Source of the DNA: Methanococcus maripaludis
GTDB lineage: Archaea > AGJL01 > Methanococci > Methanococcales > Methanococcaceae
Assembly (NCBI RefSeq): GCF_002945325.1
Contig: NZ_CP026606.1
Coordinates: 1,170,001 to 1,202,000 of the forward strand
Reading direction: 5' to 3'
DNA length: 32,000 nt
Positions 1-10,670 of this stretch are shown here, one piece after another (position 1 is the stretch's first letter; each line of letters starts with the position of its first letter). The position numbers were made by a program, and so were the translations under genes. Below the pieces are notes generated by a model. The model did no database searches and was not told where the DNA came from. It saw only the letters and a program-made list of their open reading frames with translations.

Positions 1-99
1 ACCGAGTGTAACTACTGCAACACAGCTTTCAGGGTTACCCACTACGTATTCACCGTTAGCAACAGGCCATCCTGCTGCGGGGGCTTTTTTATCTGCCAT
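1..99 (-). CDS. MtrA-like paralog, 5' end only (gene runs off the left window edge); probably the MtrA-domain gene that follows mtrA in Methanococcales (second mtrA or MtrA-MtrF fusion)
   Basis: The minus strand from ATG 99-97 reads [33 protein letters not shown], identical to the MtrA N-terminus. Its own SD GGAGGAGGTG starts right after the mtrA stop (TAA 118-116). nt 1-113 are 112/113 identical to nt 737-849. Confidence 0.6.
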   Translation of the reverse strand, partial: MADKKAPAAGWPVANGEYVVGNPESCVAVVTLG

Positions 100-113
100 T
101 GTCTGCACCTCCT
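1..113. repeat. Direct repeat, partner of 737-849 (112/113 identical); probably extends beyond the window edge
   Basis: Base-by-base comparison shows a single mismatch (G79 versus T815), synonymous in Pro (CCC/CCA). Identity covers 99 nt of coding sequence plus 14 nt of upstream SD/spacer. Confidence 0.95.
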
Positions 114-115
114 CC

Positions 116-835
116 TTAGAGTAATGAGAATATCACAATTGAAAGGAACAATCCTATTGCAATACCTTGGATTTTTCCGTTGTAGTATCCTGAGTTAAAT
201 TTAGCAATCATTGCAGCTTCATTCATTTTTTCGGAGACAATTCTCATTCTAGCTTCTAATAACGCCATTTCAGGTGAAGTAGGTTTAATTGAAGTGGATT
301 CTTCACCAGCAGCAGCTGCGCCACCTTCTAATTCAATAACCATAGGATCTTCTTCAAATGCTCCTGGGTCTTTTGAGATACAGTTTTTGATTGCATCTGA
401 AATTTTTCCAGTGTCTTCAACATCGATTAAATCAATGCATTCAACGATTTGGCTTTGAAGTCTTCCAACTGGTTCTGTTCCTACATTTTCCATGAAAGGA
501 ATAGCTCCTTTAGCTCCGATGATACCACCATCGTCACCAATTCCGTTTTCATATAATGCTTTGATACATTGTCCAGTAATGTGTCCTTGAACTTCTGATC
601 CAGTAATTACCATAAATCTAATGTTCGGGTTTGAAATGTAGTTTGCAACAACTTTTTCAATTCCTAAGTTTTCTGTGTGGCATGGTCCTGAAATAGCTGC
701 ACCAGCGTCAATTGCAGCCTGGTCCAAACCGTGGGAACCGAGTGTAACTACTGCAACACAGCTTTCAGGGTTACCCACTACGTATTCACCGTTAGCAACA
801 GGCCATCCTGCTGCTGGGGCTTTTTTATCTGCCAT
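116..835 (-). CDS. mtrA: Tetrahydromethanopterin S-methyltransferase subunit A (cobamide-binding)
   Basis: I moved the start from GTG 844 to ATG 835 ([13 protein letters not shown]...), 6 nt after SD AGGAGGTG, giving 239 aa. The sequence looks like a soluble MtrA core with a single C-terminal TM helix ([16 protein letters not shown]). Its position fits the mtrEDCBA order. Confidence 0.95.
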   Translation of the reverse strand: MADKKAPAAGWPVANGEYVVGNPESCVAVVTLGSHGLDQAAIDAGAAISGPCHTENLGIEKVVANYISNPNIRFMVITGSEVQGHITGQCIKALYENGIGDDGGIIGAKGAIPFMENVGTEPVGRLQSQIVECIDLIDVEDTGKISDAIKNCISKDPGAFEEDPMVIELEGGAAAAGEESTSIKPTSPEMALLEARMRIVSEKMNEAAMIAKFNSGYYNGKIQGIAIGLFLSIVIFSLL

Positions 836-849
836 TGTCTGCACCTCCT
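737..849. repeat. Direct repeat, partner of 1-113 (5' end and ribosome-binding site of mtrA)
   Basis: See the partner repeat. Identity ends abruptly 14 nt upstream of the start codons. Confidence 0.95.
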
Positions 850-856
850 ATTCAGA

Positions 857-1183
857 TTACAACCCTATTAGGCTTAGATTCATTTTAACAGCCAATATAG
901 TTACAAGCACAAGAACTGCCATTGTTACCCAGAAACCAAAGAACATTCCTTGGAACATACCTGCAAGTTTGTAAGTTCCTTCCCTTCCAGCGTATGCTTT
1001 CATAGGTGTGTTTCTTGGATCAAGCGAGTTTTCTAATGCTTTTGCGTATTGTGCTAATTTGTTTATTTCGTCTTCAACAGGGTGTAAATCTACAACGAGA
1101 ATGTCTTTTCTCATTTCGGCTATTAAACCTGAGTCTACGTCCATTACTATGTGAAGTTCAGGACATACTTTGACGATATCCAT
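857..1183 (-). CDS. mtrB: Tetrahydromethanopterin S-methyltransferase subunit B
   Basis: 108 aa with one C-terminal TM helix, starting [20 protein letters not shown]. It lies between mtrC and mtrA. Confidence 0.92.
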   Translation of the reverse strand: MDIVKVCPELHIVMDVDSGLIAEMRKDILVVDLHPVEDEINKLAQYAKALENSLDPRNTPMKAYAGREGTYKLAGMFQGMFFGFWVTMAVLVLVTILAVKMNLSLIGL

Positions 1184-1193
1184 CTATACCACC

Positions 1194-1982
1194 TTACTCT
1201 TTCTTAGGCAATTCTGGTACATATTTAACTTCGCAAGCGTCACCAAGTGACATTTTTACGAATGATCCGTAAGTGTATAACCAGAAGATTGCAGCTACTA
1301 CTATTGAAACTATGTCTAATTTTGCAATTGAGAATATCAACCATGCCATCAATCCACATGCAACTGCAAGAGTAATTGTTCTCTTGTGGCTTTCATCTGG
1401 GCCGATACATGCGTTGAATGGGTGTAAAATTGACATACCTGCTGCAATAAATGCCAATGCAATAACTCCGTTGTTGATTGCACCATTAATAATTAAATCA
1501 GCTGAAAATCCGCCTGCAAATGCAGTACAGAATCCTAAAATTGCTAAAGCACCCATTAATGAGAGTTTAGTCATACTTGAAACGATAATTGGTACTTTCA
1601 TTCCTACTGGATTTTGTGTTAATTTACCAACAATAAATCCAACAATTACTGCGATTACTGCAGCAAGGATTGGTGTAGCAAGTACTGGGAGTCCAAATGC
1701 TGAAGGTATTAAAACACCTGCCAATGCTGAAATTGTACCCATACCTAAACTTACCATTCCAATTGATGGAACACCTGTACCTAATCCGTAAGCGGCTACT
1801 CTTCTTGTAGTGTTTGCACCTGCAACACAAGCGCCCGCAGCTAATAACCCACCAATGAGCATAGCTAATGACGGAACAAATTGTGCAACGTACATTCCGA
1901 TGATTGATAATACAGCGCCGATAGCTAAAACCTGATCTTCAGGAAAAAGCTCTGCTGCGTGTCCTCCACCACCATGTGACAT
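1194..1982 (-). CDS. mtrC: Tetrahydromethanopterin S-methyltransferase subunit C
   Basis: 262-aa polytopic Gly/Ala-rich membrane protein. Its operon position is between mtrD and mtrB. Confidence 0.92.
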   Translation of the reverse strand: MSHGGGGHAAELFPEDQVLAIGAVLSIIGMYVAQFVPSLAMLIGGLLAAGACVAGANTTRRVAAYGLGTGVPSIGMVSLGMGTISALAGVLIPSAFGLPVLATPILAAVIAVIVGFIVGKLTQNPVGMKVPIIVSSMTKLSLMGALAILGFCTAFAGGFSADLIINGAINNGVIALAFIAAGMSILHPFNACIGPDESHKRTITLAVACGLMAWLIFSIAKLDIVSIVVAAIFWLYTYGSFVKMSLGDACEVKYVPELPKKE

Positions 1983-2018
1983 AATTACACCTCAAATATT
2001 TTTGAAAACCATGCAGAC

Positions 2019-2726
2019 TTAAAGTCCCATAGCCATTCCAATTAATACTGCTCCTGCGATTAATGAAGAAACAAATGAAGCAATAACTCCGTTTGGCATT
2101 TTCTTAAATTTAGGGTCGTGGAATCCTTCGATTGTACCACCAATATTGTATGAAGCTAATACTGCGTTCATGAAGAAGAATCCAACTGCCAATACACCTG
2201 CAATAGCTGCAGCAAATCCTAACTGCTGGAGTGCGATGTATGCAAGAGCACCACCAAGACCACCAAGTGCTGCACCAATTGTACCACTTACGAAACAAAC
2301 GGTTGGAATACCGTGTCCTGTTGTACCTGGTGTAATGTATGGTTTTTGAATATCTCCTGTAATAGGGTCTTTTTCACATTTATCTGCTGCAGGGACGATA
2401 CCAATACCGTATACATAGATAATCTGACCAATTAACATTGTAAGACCTAACATGATCATTGCACCGACAGCACCAGATAACATGATTAATAACATGTGAA
2501 CTGGATTAGACAGTGAAACACCTGCTTGTGAAGCCATTGCAGCTGCAGCTAAGAGTCCAGTAAAACCTGCACCTGCTGCTAACTGTGTTGTACCTGTACC
2601 TACCCCTGTTGAAGTAGCCATCGCTGCTGGAGCACCACCTACTGGAACGAAGTGAACACTTGCGTTGATAATCGCTCCCGCAATGGTTATTTCCGCAAGA
2701 GGTAATATAAAGCTTGTAGCATCCAT
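2019..2726 (-). CDS. mtrD: Tetrahydromethanopterin S-methyltransferase subunit D
   Basis: 235-aa polytopic membrane protein. Its operon position is after mtrE. Confidence 0.92.
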
Positions 2727-2752
2727 AATATCACCAATCTTCCTTATTTTAA

Positions 2753-3652
2753 TTAATTTCTGTATGGTCCGTATTTGTTTCTAGCATATACCTCGAGTTT
2801 CCTGTTGATAACTGCTGCAACGGCCACTACTAAGAGACCTACTAAAAGTGCGATTGATGTTTTTGTTACTAAGTCTCCACCGATGATGTTACCGAGAATG
2901 CTTCTCCAGCCATCGAGGAAGATAATTAAACCAAAGCATAATCCTGTAAGTGGACCACCAAATCTTGAACAGAAGTATGAAGAATCTAAACCATTTCTTA
3001 CCCCATATTCTGCGTAAATATCGATGTCACCTTGGTTAGCAACAGGGATACCGCCACCGAATGGGTATTTTTGGTATTCTCTTTCAGCACCGTAGTGAAC
3101 GTCACCAGTTGATGAACCGATAGCACCTACAGTAATACCGAAGATCAATGAAACCAATGGTAATGGGAATGGGTTTCCTAATGCCGTTGTTGCTAAATAT
3201 GCAGCAAGAGTCATTGTGAAAACAGCTATAAATCCGTGTCCTACGATTGGACCTATGTGTGATGTAAGAACATCCATGTAAACAGGTTGTCCGAACTTTT
3301 TGGACTGACCTACAGTTCTTCCAAGGAATGCACTAACTGAGTAAGCACCGTGTACGATTGCAGCAACACCTGCACCCACGATTATCGCTAAAACAACGTT
3401 TAATCCTGCGTTTATTAGTGCCCAAGCAATGGTACCTGCAACTGCAACATACAAACCGTATGATACAGGTTCCCCAGATATAGCCTTGTTGAAGTATCTG
3501 TGAATATTGCCCATTTGCGGACCTAATTGAACCTGAGAGTTAGGGTTGGACTGTGAACCGACGTCGGATTCCAAGTCTTCAGCACAACCAGAAACAGTCG
3601 CAGCTGCTCCTGCTAGGGCCAATGCCCCCAGAGAAATCAATGTTGGATCCAT
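2753..3652 (-). CDS. mtrE: Tetrahydromethanopterin S-methyltransferase subunit E
   Basis: 299-aa polytopic membrane protein, the first gene of the mtr operon. SD GAGGTGA lies 4 nt before ATG 3652. Confidence 0.94.
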
Positions 3653-3880
3653 TATTTCACCTCACAATATAAGGGACTGTTAGCTATGCCTTTATTGGCT
3701 TTTTAAGCCTAGAGATATATCTATGCCGTTAGCTATTCAGTTATTATCTTGTTATATGATATATATTACTTTGTATTCCGTTTTTCATCGAATAACGTCT
3801 AATATTTTCTTTAATTTAATTAAAGTATATTTTAATTAATCTATATTGTTAACGATTATGAAACAATATATAATAAGTAT

Positions 3881-3905
3881 AAAAAAAGGAAGCCAAGTGG
3901 CTCCC
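3881..3905 (-). terminator. mcr operon terminator (hairpin plus U7)
   Basis: It starts 14 nt after the mcrA stop. The minus-sense RNA is GGGAGCC-acuu-GGCUUCC, a 7-bp stem including one G.U pair, followed directly by UUUUUUU (3887-3881). Confidence 0.6.
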
Positions 3906-3919
3906 TTAAATTATAGAAT

Positions 3920-5581
3920 TTATTTAGCAGGTAAGATAACGTCTCTTTCTCCTGCAGCTTCGAATTCTCTTAATGCTCCCCTAGCAATTTCTTTTCTAGG
4001 TTTGGAGAAATCGAATACGAGCATTGGGTCAGCGAATGCAACTTTTACCAATGGGTTAAGTGCAAATGCGTCTCCTCTTGCAGAGTGAGCAGCTTGTGCA
4101 ATACCTGCGTATTCTCCCTGGTGACCTACGTTCATCGCGTAGTTAGGGTAGTTAGGTCCTCTTAATTCAAGAGGTGCAGCTTCGTCGTTTCTGATTGCGA
4201 GTGAGTTTGAAGCACCACACTGGTCCTGCAAGTCGTAACCGTAGAATCCGAGTCTGCTGTGGTATTCTTTGTGTAAGATTTGTGATAAGTACCAGCCGTT
4301 TACACCAGCGTTTGAGTTTCCTGTTGCCATACATACACCAATACCTGATGCAGCAGCAGCAACTGCAGCTCTTTGTGATCCACCGAAGTGGTCTTCTAAT
4401 AATGCTGGGTAGTCATCGTACTGTTCTAATGCGTAGAGTGTAACTTCTCCAGCAACATCTTCTACTACATCCATTGTAGCTTTTGTTCCCATTCTACCGT
4501 ATTTTTTCTCAACGTAGTCGAGTGCGTAGTATGAGAAGTCATCTAAGATATCGTCGGTGTATGATGCGGTAGCGTATTGAGTGAATCCTATACCACCAGA
4601 CATGTATGCACCGAGCCAGATTTGGTCATATAAAGCAGCACCTGTTGCTACTACTTCTAATGATTGTTCAACTGGGTCTTCTGAAACTCTTGTTGTTTGT
4701 ACAACATCGGAGAGAATACCGAATCTGATTCCTCCTGGTTCGTTTGGACCTCTTGCTCTTCTTCCTGGTAAAGCATTACCCATCTGAATTACATCAGCGT
4801 GTTTTGAAGCGTATGAGAAGTCAGCTGTTGCAGCTTCCCCTGCACAAAGTTTGTATGCGGTAATGAATGACATTCCGATCTGCATTGCAGACCATCTTGA
4901 GATTGTACCACCGTCACATACTCTACCTACGAGTGATGGAACTCTTGATACTTGGTATGTTTTTTTACCAATTGCAGCTTTTAATGTTTCAGCTTGTTCT
5001 TCAGGGAATAATTTGTTGATGTCGATTAAGAATCTGCTGTCTAATTCGTCAGCTAATTCATCGTCACCGGTGAAGATTCTAGCGTAACAGTCCCATGCAA
5101 GGGAAGGGTGAACTTCAACCATGTGTTCCTGAACAACAGCTCCTCCTGGAAGGGAGTGGTTGATTGTGTGCATGTATTCGTTGATTGTTTCAGGAGTTAC
5201 TTCTACACCCAATCTTTTTTCTAAAACTGAGTGAGCAGTGTCCATACCTACAATAACAGTTCTTCTGATATCGTCCCATAATTGTTGGATAGCAGCGTTG
5301 TTTAAGAAGTGTAAATCGTCACCTTCACAGTAGTCGTCAGTGTTTGACAATTTGTAAGGCATTAATTTTCTCTGTCCTAGAGGAACACCAATATCTGGGT
5401 TGTAGAGTGGGATTCCTTGTCTTTTTTCAGCTACTATTTTTTCATTAGCTTCAACAAATTCTCTTTTTCTAGCAGATTGTTCCCAACCGCCAAAAGTATA
5501 GAATTTTGTGTACTTTTCTTTAGGGTCTTCTTCGAATTTTTCCTTTAAGGCTTTCAAAAATAATCTTTTTTCAGCTTCCAT
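3920..5581 (-). CDS. mcrA: Methyl-coenzyme M reductase alpha subunit
   Basis: 553 aa with hallmark McrA motifs [28 protein letters not shown] and [15 protein letters not shown]. It is the last gene of mcrBDCGA. Confidence 0.99.
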   Translation of the reverse strand: MEAEKRLFLKALKEKFEEDPKEKYTKFYTFGGWEQSARKREFVEANEKIVAEKRQGIPLYNPDIGVPLGQRKLMPYKLSNTDDYCEGDDLHFLNNAAIQQLWDDIRRTVIVGMDTAHSVLEKRLGVEVTPETINEYMHTINHSLPGGAVVQEHMVEVHPSLAWDCYARIFTGDDELADELDSRFLIDINKLFPEEQAETLKAAIGKKTYQVSRVPSLVGRVCDGGTISRWSAMQIGMSFITAYKLCAGEAATADFSYASKHADVIQMGNALPGRRARGPNEPGGIRFGILSDVVQTTRVSEDPVEQSLEVVATGAALYDQIWLGAYMSGGIGFTQYATASYTDDILDDFSYYALDYVEKKYGRMGTKATMDVVEDVAGEVTLYALEQYDDYPALLEDHFGGSQRAAVAAAASGIGVCMATGNSNAGVNGWYLSQILHKEYHSRLGFYGYDLQDQCGASNSLAIRNDEAAPLELRGPNYPNYAMNVGHQGEYAGIAQAAHSARGDAFALNPLVKVAFADPMLVFDFSKPRKEIARGALREFEAAGERDVILPAK

Positions 5582-5628
5582 AAGTTCACCTCAATGGTTT
5601 AAGAGGTTTTTTTTAATTTAAAATTTAA

Positions 5629-6411
5629 TTATAATCCTTTGAATGTTTCGTTTGTAGGGATGTATCCACCGAGTGTTCTTGCTCTGTGAATTCTTTTTAC
5701 AACTTCGATAACGTCAGGATCTGCTCTCATTGCAACACCATCGTTTCTGTAGATGGTTGTAATTTCTCTTAATTTTGCTTCAGGGATTGGTTCTCCAACG
5801 TCAACAGGTGCATCGAGTGGTTTTCCCACCTGATCTTTTACGTACATAACGTGTCCGGTTTTTTCGTCGAATACACATCTTTGGAGTGCATCAAACATCA
5901 TACCGTTTTCGTCTAATCTTAATGAGTGTCCGTGTACGGTTGCACCTCTCATACCTGATGTAGCAGGGTCAAAGAGTTCTGTATCCATGAGTATGTTTTT
6001 GGAGAATTCTTCAAGGTCACTTTCTCTACATTCAACAACTTGCCTTCCTGAGAGTGTACCTGCGTCTACTCCTCTTAATCTTGACATGTATGATCTTGAT
6101 CTGTCGTATGGTTGAGCAGGAGCAAAGTACATTGAGTCAGCAAACTGAATGTATCTAACTCTGTGTCCTTCTTTAGCACCGTTTAATGGTTCTACTAAGT
6201 CTCTTGCGTAGTCTTCTACGAAGTCCATTTCTTCAAGTGGAGGGTGAACTGTTTTGTAGTCTTCACCAGGTTGTCTGTGTCCCATGATTTTTACAACATC
6301 TTCATCAGGGATTTCTCTTAATTTTTCCAATTCATAGTTTGGATTCAAGTGATTTCGTCTGTTTTCAGCAACTTTTGTTGCACCAGGGTAGAACTGAGGC
6401 GTGTATGCCAT
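5629..6411 (-). CDS. mcrG: Methyl-coenzyme M reductase gamma subunit
   Basis: 260 aa, starting MAYTPQFYPGATKVAENRR. It lies directly upstream of mcrA. Confidence 0.98.
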   Translation of the reverse strand: MAYTPQFYPGATKVAENRRNHLNPNYELEKLREIPDEDVVKIMGHRQPGEDYKTVHPPLEEMDFVEDYARDLVEPLNGAKEGHRVRYIQFADSMYFAPAQPYDRSRSYMSRLRGVDAGTLSGRQVVECRESDLEEFSKNILMDTELFDPATSGMRGATVHGHSLRLDENGMMFDALQRCVFDEKTGHVMYVKDQVGKPLDAPVDVGEPIPEAKLREITTIYRNDGVAMRADPDVIEVVKRIHRARTLGGYIPTNETFKGL

Positions 6412-6420
6412 AAGATCACC

Positions 6421-7017
6421 TTAACCTAAATGTTTTTTTATGCTTTCAATGATTTCATCAATTTTTTTTTGAGGAGCTGATTCTCCTCTTATTACGCCAG
6501 TAATAATTTCAACGATTTTACCTTCAGTTTTTGATTCCAAAGGCATTACATTTTTCGTTTTTATTCCAATTGCTGCGAAATCTTCCATATCTACTGGAGT
6601 TTGGCAAACAATTATTGTAGGAATATCCACGTATTTTAAGAATAATCTAGCTTTGTAAATTATGTGGCTTTTTACATTTCCAAAATGTATTACACATAAT
6701 TTATGCCTATTAACTTGTTTAGCTTCTTCGGGTTTAAGTCCAAAAGTGGAACCCAAACTTCCTTGTGGAGCATCTGACGGAATTCCCCCTCCTGCATCTA
6801 ATACAAGAACGCTGGTCTGAATTCCCGCTTCCCTTATTCCATAGGTAATTTCGCACACGGGTTTTGTAATGTGCCTTCTCCCTGGAGACATTGCAACAAC
6901 AACCACGTCGTTACGTAGCCCTTCTGCAAATGTTCCTCTTTGTGCAAGTCCGCCTCCTTCACCAAGACCCATAACAGCCCTACAATCAACGATCTGCTCT
7001 TTTCTACCTACTGGCAT
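6421..7017 (-). CDS. mcrC: Methyl-coenzyme M reductase operon protein C
   Basis: 198 aa, lying between mcrD and mcrG as in the canonical mcrBDCGA operon. Confidence 0.93.
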   Translation of the reverse strand: MPVGRKEQIVDCRAVMGLGEGGGLAQRGTFAEGLRNDVVVVAMSPGRRHITKPVCEITYGIREAGIQTSVLVLDAGGGIPSDAPQGSLGSTFGLKPEEAKQVNRHKLCVIHFGNVKSHIIYKARLFLKYVDIPTIIVCQTPVDMEDFAAIGIKTKNVMPLESKTEGKIVEIITGVIRGESAPQKKIDEIIESIKKHLG

Positions 7018-7025
7018 AAAATCAC

Positions 7026-7505
7026 TTACTCGTTTTTTTCGCTCTTTGGGATAATTGTGACAGAAGAATCAAACTTACTTCTGGGGTCAGTTGCACCTAA
7101 TAATCTTTTGTCGATATCATCAACAGCAGATTCCCCGTATTTTATGAAATCCGATACTGTAGGGTCGTTCCTTAAGAATTTACCCTTTGTTAACCGGTAT
7201 CCAAATGGGAAAAGATCCTTACAGATTTCTTCGATTTTTTCAATTTCGCTTTCATCATCCAGTAAAACCCATAACCTTCCAACTTGAAGCATGAGTTCTA
7301 CAGGGACTCCCTTAACAGTAATTTCCCTTTTTTCCGAGTGATTTACAGGAGTTCCTTTAGCTGGACCATATCCAACTTTATTGGGAAGAGATTCTCCATG
7401 TATGACTACTCTTTGAACTTTACTCAATGAATAAGCGCGGTTCAGGAATTTTTCGGTAGTTTCTGCTTTTAAATACCTATGTGGGAAGACTTCTAATTCA
7501 ATCAT
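7026..7505 (-). CDS. mcrD: Methyl-coenzyme M reductase operon protein D
   Basis: 159 aa, lying between mcrB and mcrC. Confidence 0.93.
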   Translation of the reverse strand: MIELEVFPHRYLKAETTEKFLNRAYSLSKVQRVVIHGESLPNKVGYGPAKGTPVNHSEKREITVKGVPVELMLQVGRLWVLLDDESEIEKIEEICKDLFPFGYRLTKGKFLRNDPTVSDFIKYGESAVDDIDKRLLGATDPRSKFDSSVTIIPKSEKNE

Positions 7506-7516
7506 CGTTTATTACC

Positions 7517-8848
7517 TTAAAACTGGTCTTTAATGCTTAAAGCTCCTTCAATTACGTATTTCATTGGTTCTCTGAATTCATCAAATGCTGAGTATACTGA
7601 ACCAACTAATCCTGAAGTGTGTTCAGGTGAGAACATTTGTGTACCTGCATCTGCACACATTGCTGCACATACTGGAGGAATTGCGAATCCTTTGGAGTGT
7701 CTGGTTACAACGTGGTTACCGTTAAAGATACCAGGTCCACCACCACCGTAGATTGAGTGTGAGAAGAATGAGAATCCTACTGCAGTACCCATTGATCTAC
7801 CGTAGTCAACACCAGGTAAACCAGTTTCGTACTCTAAAATATCGTTGAAGTATAAAATAACTGAAGCAACGTTCTGTGCTGCTCTTGCTGCACCACAGCT
7901 TACTGCAACTGCTGCAACTAATCCTGCTGCTGCGTATGCATTCCATTTGTTTACGTCAGCTGGTTTGTACATGTTGAATCCTGAGCTCATTGTTTTGTCA
8001 ACAACGATTACGCCGTCAGCAATGGCTCTATCAATAACTGTTTCTACAACTGAACCAACAGTTCCTTTTGCATTTGCTTTAATAAAGTCAATAACTAAGT
8101 TATCAGCGTTTAATCCTTGGTAAGCTAAACCAAGTAAGTGCTGTCTTTCGAATGATCCTACTGCGTCACCCATTTCGAATGTTGCAGTTTGTTCCATAAC
8201 TGATGAGAATGCAATAGCGTTCATCATGTTTTTCTTGGTTGTAGCAACTGCGTGGTTAACTGGAATGTTTCTTAAAGCGTAACCTAAACCTTCCATCATT
8301 GAAGGTGCACCTAAGAGTGATGCAATGTTACTGCCTGCGTAATCCATAACCTGTGGGTAGTTACCAACAATTGCAGCGTGCACTGTTGAACCATCGAACA
8401 TGTCGATGTTGAATGTTTTAATAAGTGCTTCTTTTAATGCCATAGCAGTTGAAAGCATGGATACTGAGTATTCTGCAGCTACTTCCAATCTTGCGGTTGG
8501 AACTTGCACAGCTAACTGTTTTCCACCGTTGATTATTTTTACTGCTGTATCGTCGTCTTCGGATACTTTTAAGATTTTTTCTACTTCGTCAGCAATTGCT
8601 TGAGCATTGCTTACTGCAGATATATCCAAAGTTCTTCCTGGAACTTGACAGCCTTTTCCACCGATTTTACCTGCAGCTAAGGTACCTTCGATACCAGCTA
8701 GGTTCACAGCAACTGTTCTTTTGATGTTCTTTACCATACTTTTTATGGTAGGGTTGTATAATGGGCTAATAGCTTCTAATGGTACATTTTCGGCTACTAG
8801 GTTTCCTTTCGCATCGTACAAACTTATCTTATCTTCATACTTTACCAT
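7517..8848 (-). CDS. mcrB: Methyl-coenzyme M reductase beta subunit
   Basis: I moved the start from GTG 8857 to ATG 8848 ([12 protein letters not shown]...), which has SD AGGAGTGG upstream, giving 443 aa. It is the first gene of the operon. Confidence 0.98.
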   Translation of the reverse strand: MVKYEDKISLYDAKGNLVAENVPLEAISPLYNPTIKSMVKNIKRTVAVNLAGIEGTLAAGKIGGKGCQVPGRTLDISAVSNAQAIADEVEKILKVSEDDDTAVKIINGGKQLAVQVPTARLEVAAEYSVSMLSTAMALKEALIKTFNIDMFDGSTVHAAIVGNYPQVMDYAGSNIASLLGAPSMMEGLGYALRNIPVNHAVATTKKNMMNAIAFSSVMEQTATFEMGDAVGSFERQHLLGLAYQGLNADNLVIDFIKANAKGTVGSVVETVIDRAIADGVIVVDKTMSSGFNMYKPADVNKWNAYAAAGLVAAVAVSCGAARAAQNVASVILYFNDILEYETGLPGVDYGRSMGTAVGFSFFSHSIYGGGGPGIFNGNHVVTRHSKGFAIPPVCAAMCADAGTQMFSPEHTSGLVGSVYSAFDEFREPMKYVIEGALSIKDQF

Positions 8849-9107
8849 AGGAACCACTCCTATTTTTTTGATATATACATCATAACATTACTGAAAGAAT
8901 ATATATTCAAGTTTTCATTAAACTCAAATAGAAAAATATATATACTCTCCATCATCGATTAAGTTTTAGATTAGGTTAAATATCTCGATTTTTAGTACGT
9001 AATACTGTGTTAAATCGAAATTAACCCTGCTATTGTTGAGATAAAACGGATGTTTTTAATAGATTATTATTGATTACTATTTTTATAAAGCTAAATAAGA
9101 TGGTAAT

Positions 9108-10418
9108 ATGAACCAAAAGTTTGGATTTAATAATATTGATGCGGGTTTTGGCTTTGAAGATACGGATAATAACGATTCAAATGACAAATCCCAGCTGTTA
9201 ATCGACCTTAAAGGGGAACCTGGAAAGAATTGTGGCGGTTTTTGTAAATTTTGCTACTTTAGGAAAGTTAATTTTAATAATCCTGAACCTTTAGGCTGTG
9301 GGCAGTGCACATTCCAGATAGGATGCGACTACTGTACAAATTCGATAAGGGAAATCAATGGAAACTTTATTCCCGTACCTTTTGCAATCGAACAGGTTCA
9401 GAACGCGATAATATTCAAAAGATATGAAAAAGTAAATATTACAAGCGGTGGAGACACTAGTTACTACCCATATCTTGAGGATTTATGCAAAATAATCAAT
9501 GAAATGGGTTTAAAGATACACTTAGGTTATACTTCGGGTAAGGGGTTAAAAGGTATCGAATCGGCAAAATATCTTGTGGATTCCGGTGTAGACGAAGTCA
9601 CATTTTCTGTTTTTTCTACAGATCCCAATCTTAGAAAAGAATGGATGAATGATAAAAATCCAGAACAATCTCTTGAATGTTTAAAATATTTTTGTGAGAA
9701 TTGTGAAACCCACTGTGCGATAATCGTAATTCCTGGGGTGAATGATGGCGAAGTATTAAAAAATACTATTTCAGATCTCGTTTCATGGGGTGCGAATGCC
9801 GTAATACTGATGAGGTTTGCAAATAATGTTGAAAATGGACTTATTTTTGGAAATGAACCATTAATTGAAGAGATACCTGTTCATACGGTCGAAGAATTTG
9901 GGACTTTGGTAAAAGAAATGCACGAATTATTTGGAAATAGCGTAAGAATTTCTGGAACTCCAGTATATGACCCAATAACAAACACGCCATTCGCAATTTG
10001 TCACGAAGAGGAAATTTTGAATGAACTCAGGGCTAAAATTAAAGCACAAGCAACGATAATTACCGGAAATGTTTCTTATATATATTTAAGCAAAATTTTC
10101 GAAAACACGCCGATAAAGGTTATATCTGTAAACAAAGATATTGCAGATTTAATTACAAAAACAGACCTTGAAACAGTTGATTTATCACAAGTAACTGATA
10201 CTGTACTTTATCCTGTAAATGCACTTGTTCACGAAAGAGATGCAGAAGATATTTTTACAAAAGATGGAATGAAAAGAATAGTTTTAAAGGGAATTGATAA
10301 ATTAACAATGGATGGCGAAGTTTCAGGAATTTTCACCAAAGAAGAAGCAATAGAATTTGAAGTAAATGCATTTAATGAATTAATTGAAAAAATAAATTTC
10401 TTTGGAAATCCTGTTTAA
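9108..10418 (+). CDS. mmp10: Radical SAM methyltransferase, methanogenesis marker protein 10 (McrA arginine C-methylase)
   Basis: 436 aa with the radical-SAM CX3CX2C motif ([10 protein letters not shown]). It is divergent from mcrB, the arrangement I recall for mmp10 in Methanococcus. Confidence 0.8.
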   Translation: MNQKFGFNNIDAGFGFEDTDNNDSNDKSQLLIDLKGEPGKNCGGFCKFCYFRKVNFNNPEPLGCGQCTFQIGCDYCTNSIREINGNFIPVPFAIEQVQNAIIFKRYEKVNITSGGDTSYYPYLEDLCKIINEMGLKIHLGYTSGKGLKGIESAKYLVDSGVDEVTFSVFSTDPNLRKEWMNDKNPEQSLECLKYFCENCETHCAIIVIPGVNDGEVLKNTISDLVSWGANAVILMRFANNVENGLIFGNEPLIEEIPVHTVEEFGTLVKEMHELFGNSVRISGTPVYDPITNTPFAICHEEEILNELRAKIKAQATIITGNVSYIYLSKIFENTPIKVISVNKDIADLITKTDLETVDLSQVTDTVLYPVNALVHERDAEDIFTKDGMKRIVLKGIDKLTMDGEVSGIFTKEEAIEFEVNAFNELIEKINFFGNPV

Positions 10419-10455
10419 TTTTTTTAATTTTTTTTATAATTAAATATAATTATAA

Positions 10456-10484
10456 ATTTAGATATACAAATTAATTTATCCAAA
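10456..10484 (+). repeat. Copy A of the 29-nt intergenic element (25/29 match to copies B and C)
   Basis: The sequence is ATTTAGATATACAAATTAATTTATCCAAA. It lies between the mmp10 T-runs and the A-run (8 nt) that abuts the tRNA-Met 3' end. Confidence 0.8.
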
Positions 10485-10492
10485 AAGAAAAA

Positions 10493-10607
10493 TGCCGAGG
10501 GGGGGACTTGAACCCCCGACCTCTCGGTTTCCCAGGACCCAAGGGGAAGAACCCCTTAGGAATTTCCGTATGAGCCGAGCGCTATAACCAGCCTAAGCCA
10601 CCTCGGC
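10493..10607 (-). tRNA. tRNA-Met (anticodon CAT), elongator-type, with a 40-nt intron (10529-10568)
   Basis: The acceptor stem is GCCGAGG/CCTCGGC with discriminator A. The anticodon stem is CTCGG/CCGAG, the loop is CTCATA..A, and the T-arm is GGGGG-TTCAAGT-CCCCC. The intron sits at the canonical 37/38 position. A bulge-helix-bulge can be drawn by hand: a 4-bp central helix CUCA/UGGG flanked by 3-nt bulges UAC and AAA. An alternative identity as tRNA-Ile2 (also CAT) cannot be excluded by eye. Confidence 0.88.
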
Positions 10608-10611
10608 AATG

Positions 10612-10655
10612 TGCTTCATCAAAGCATCTTAAAGTAAGCAGAACAAATATATATA
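10612..10655 (-). promoter_or_regulatory. tRNA-Met promoter: TATA box plus ATGC initiator with palindrome
   Basis: In minus sense, TATATATA (10655-10648) is centred 26.5 nt upstream of the G of ATGC (10627-10624). The palindrome TGCTT-N5-AAGCA occupies 10612-10626. This matches the box A/box B layout known for Methanococcus stable-RNA genes. Confidence 0.6.
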
Positions 10656-10670
10656 GTTTTTGTAGAAAGT

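Noticed and set aside
675-8603. Many 60-172-aa ORFs antisense to or out of frame within mtr and mcr genes. Examples are 675-974, 1273-1791, 1624-1830, 2110-2349, 2775-3017, 3846-4088, 4195-5087, 6869-7287, 7533-8123 and 8400-8603.
   Set aside because: All lie inside strongly supported, highly conserved genes. Their translations are low-complexity with no motifs or SD sequences. They are the shadow ORFs typical of relatively GC-rich, codon-biased, highly expressed genes.
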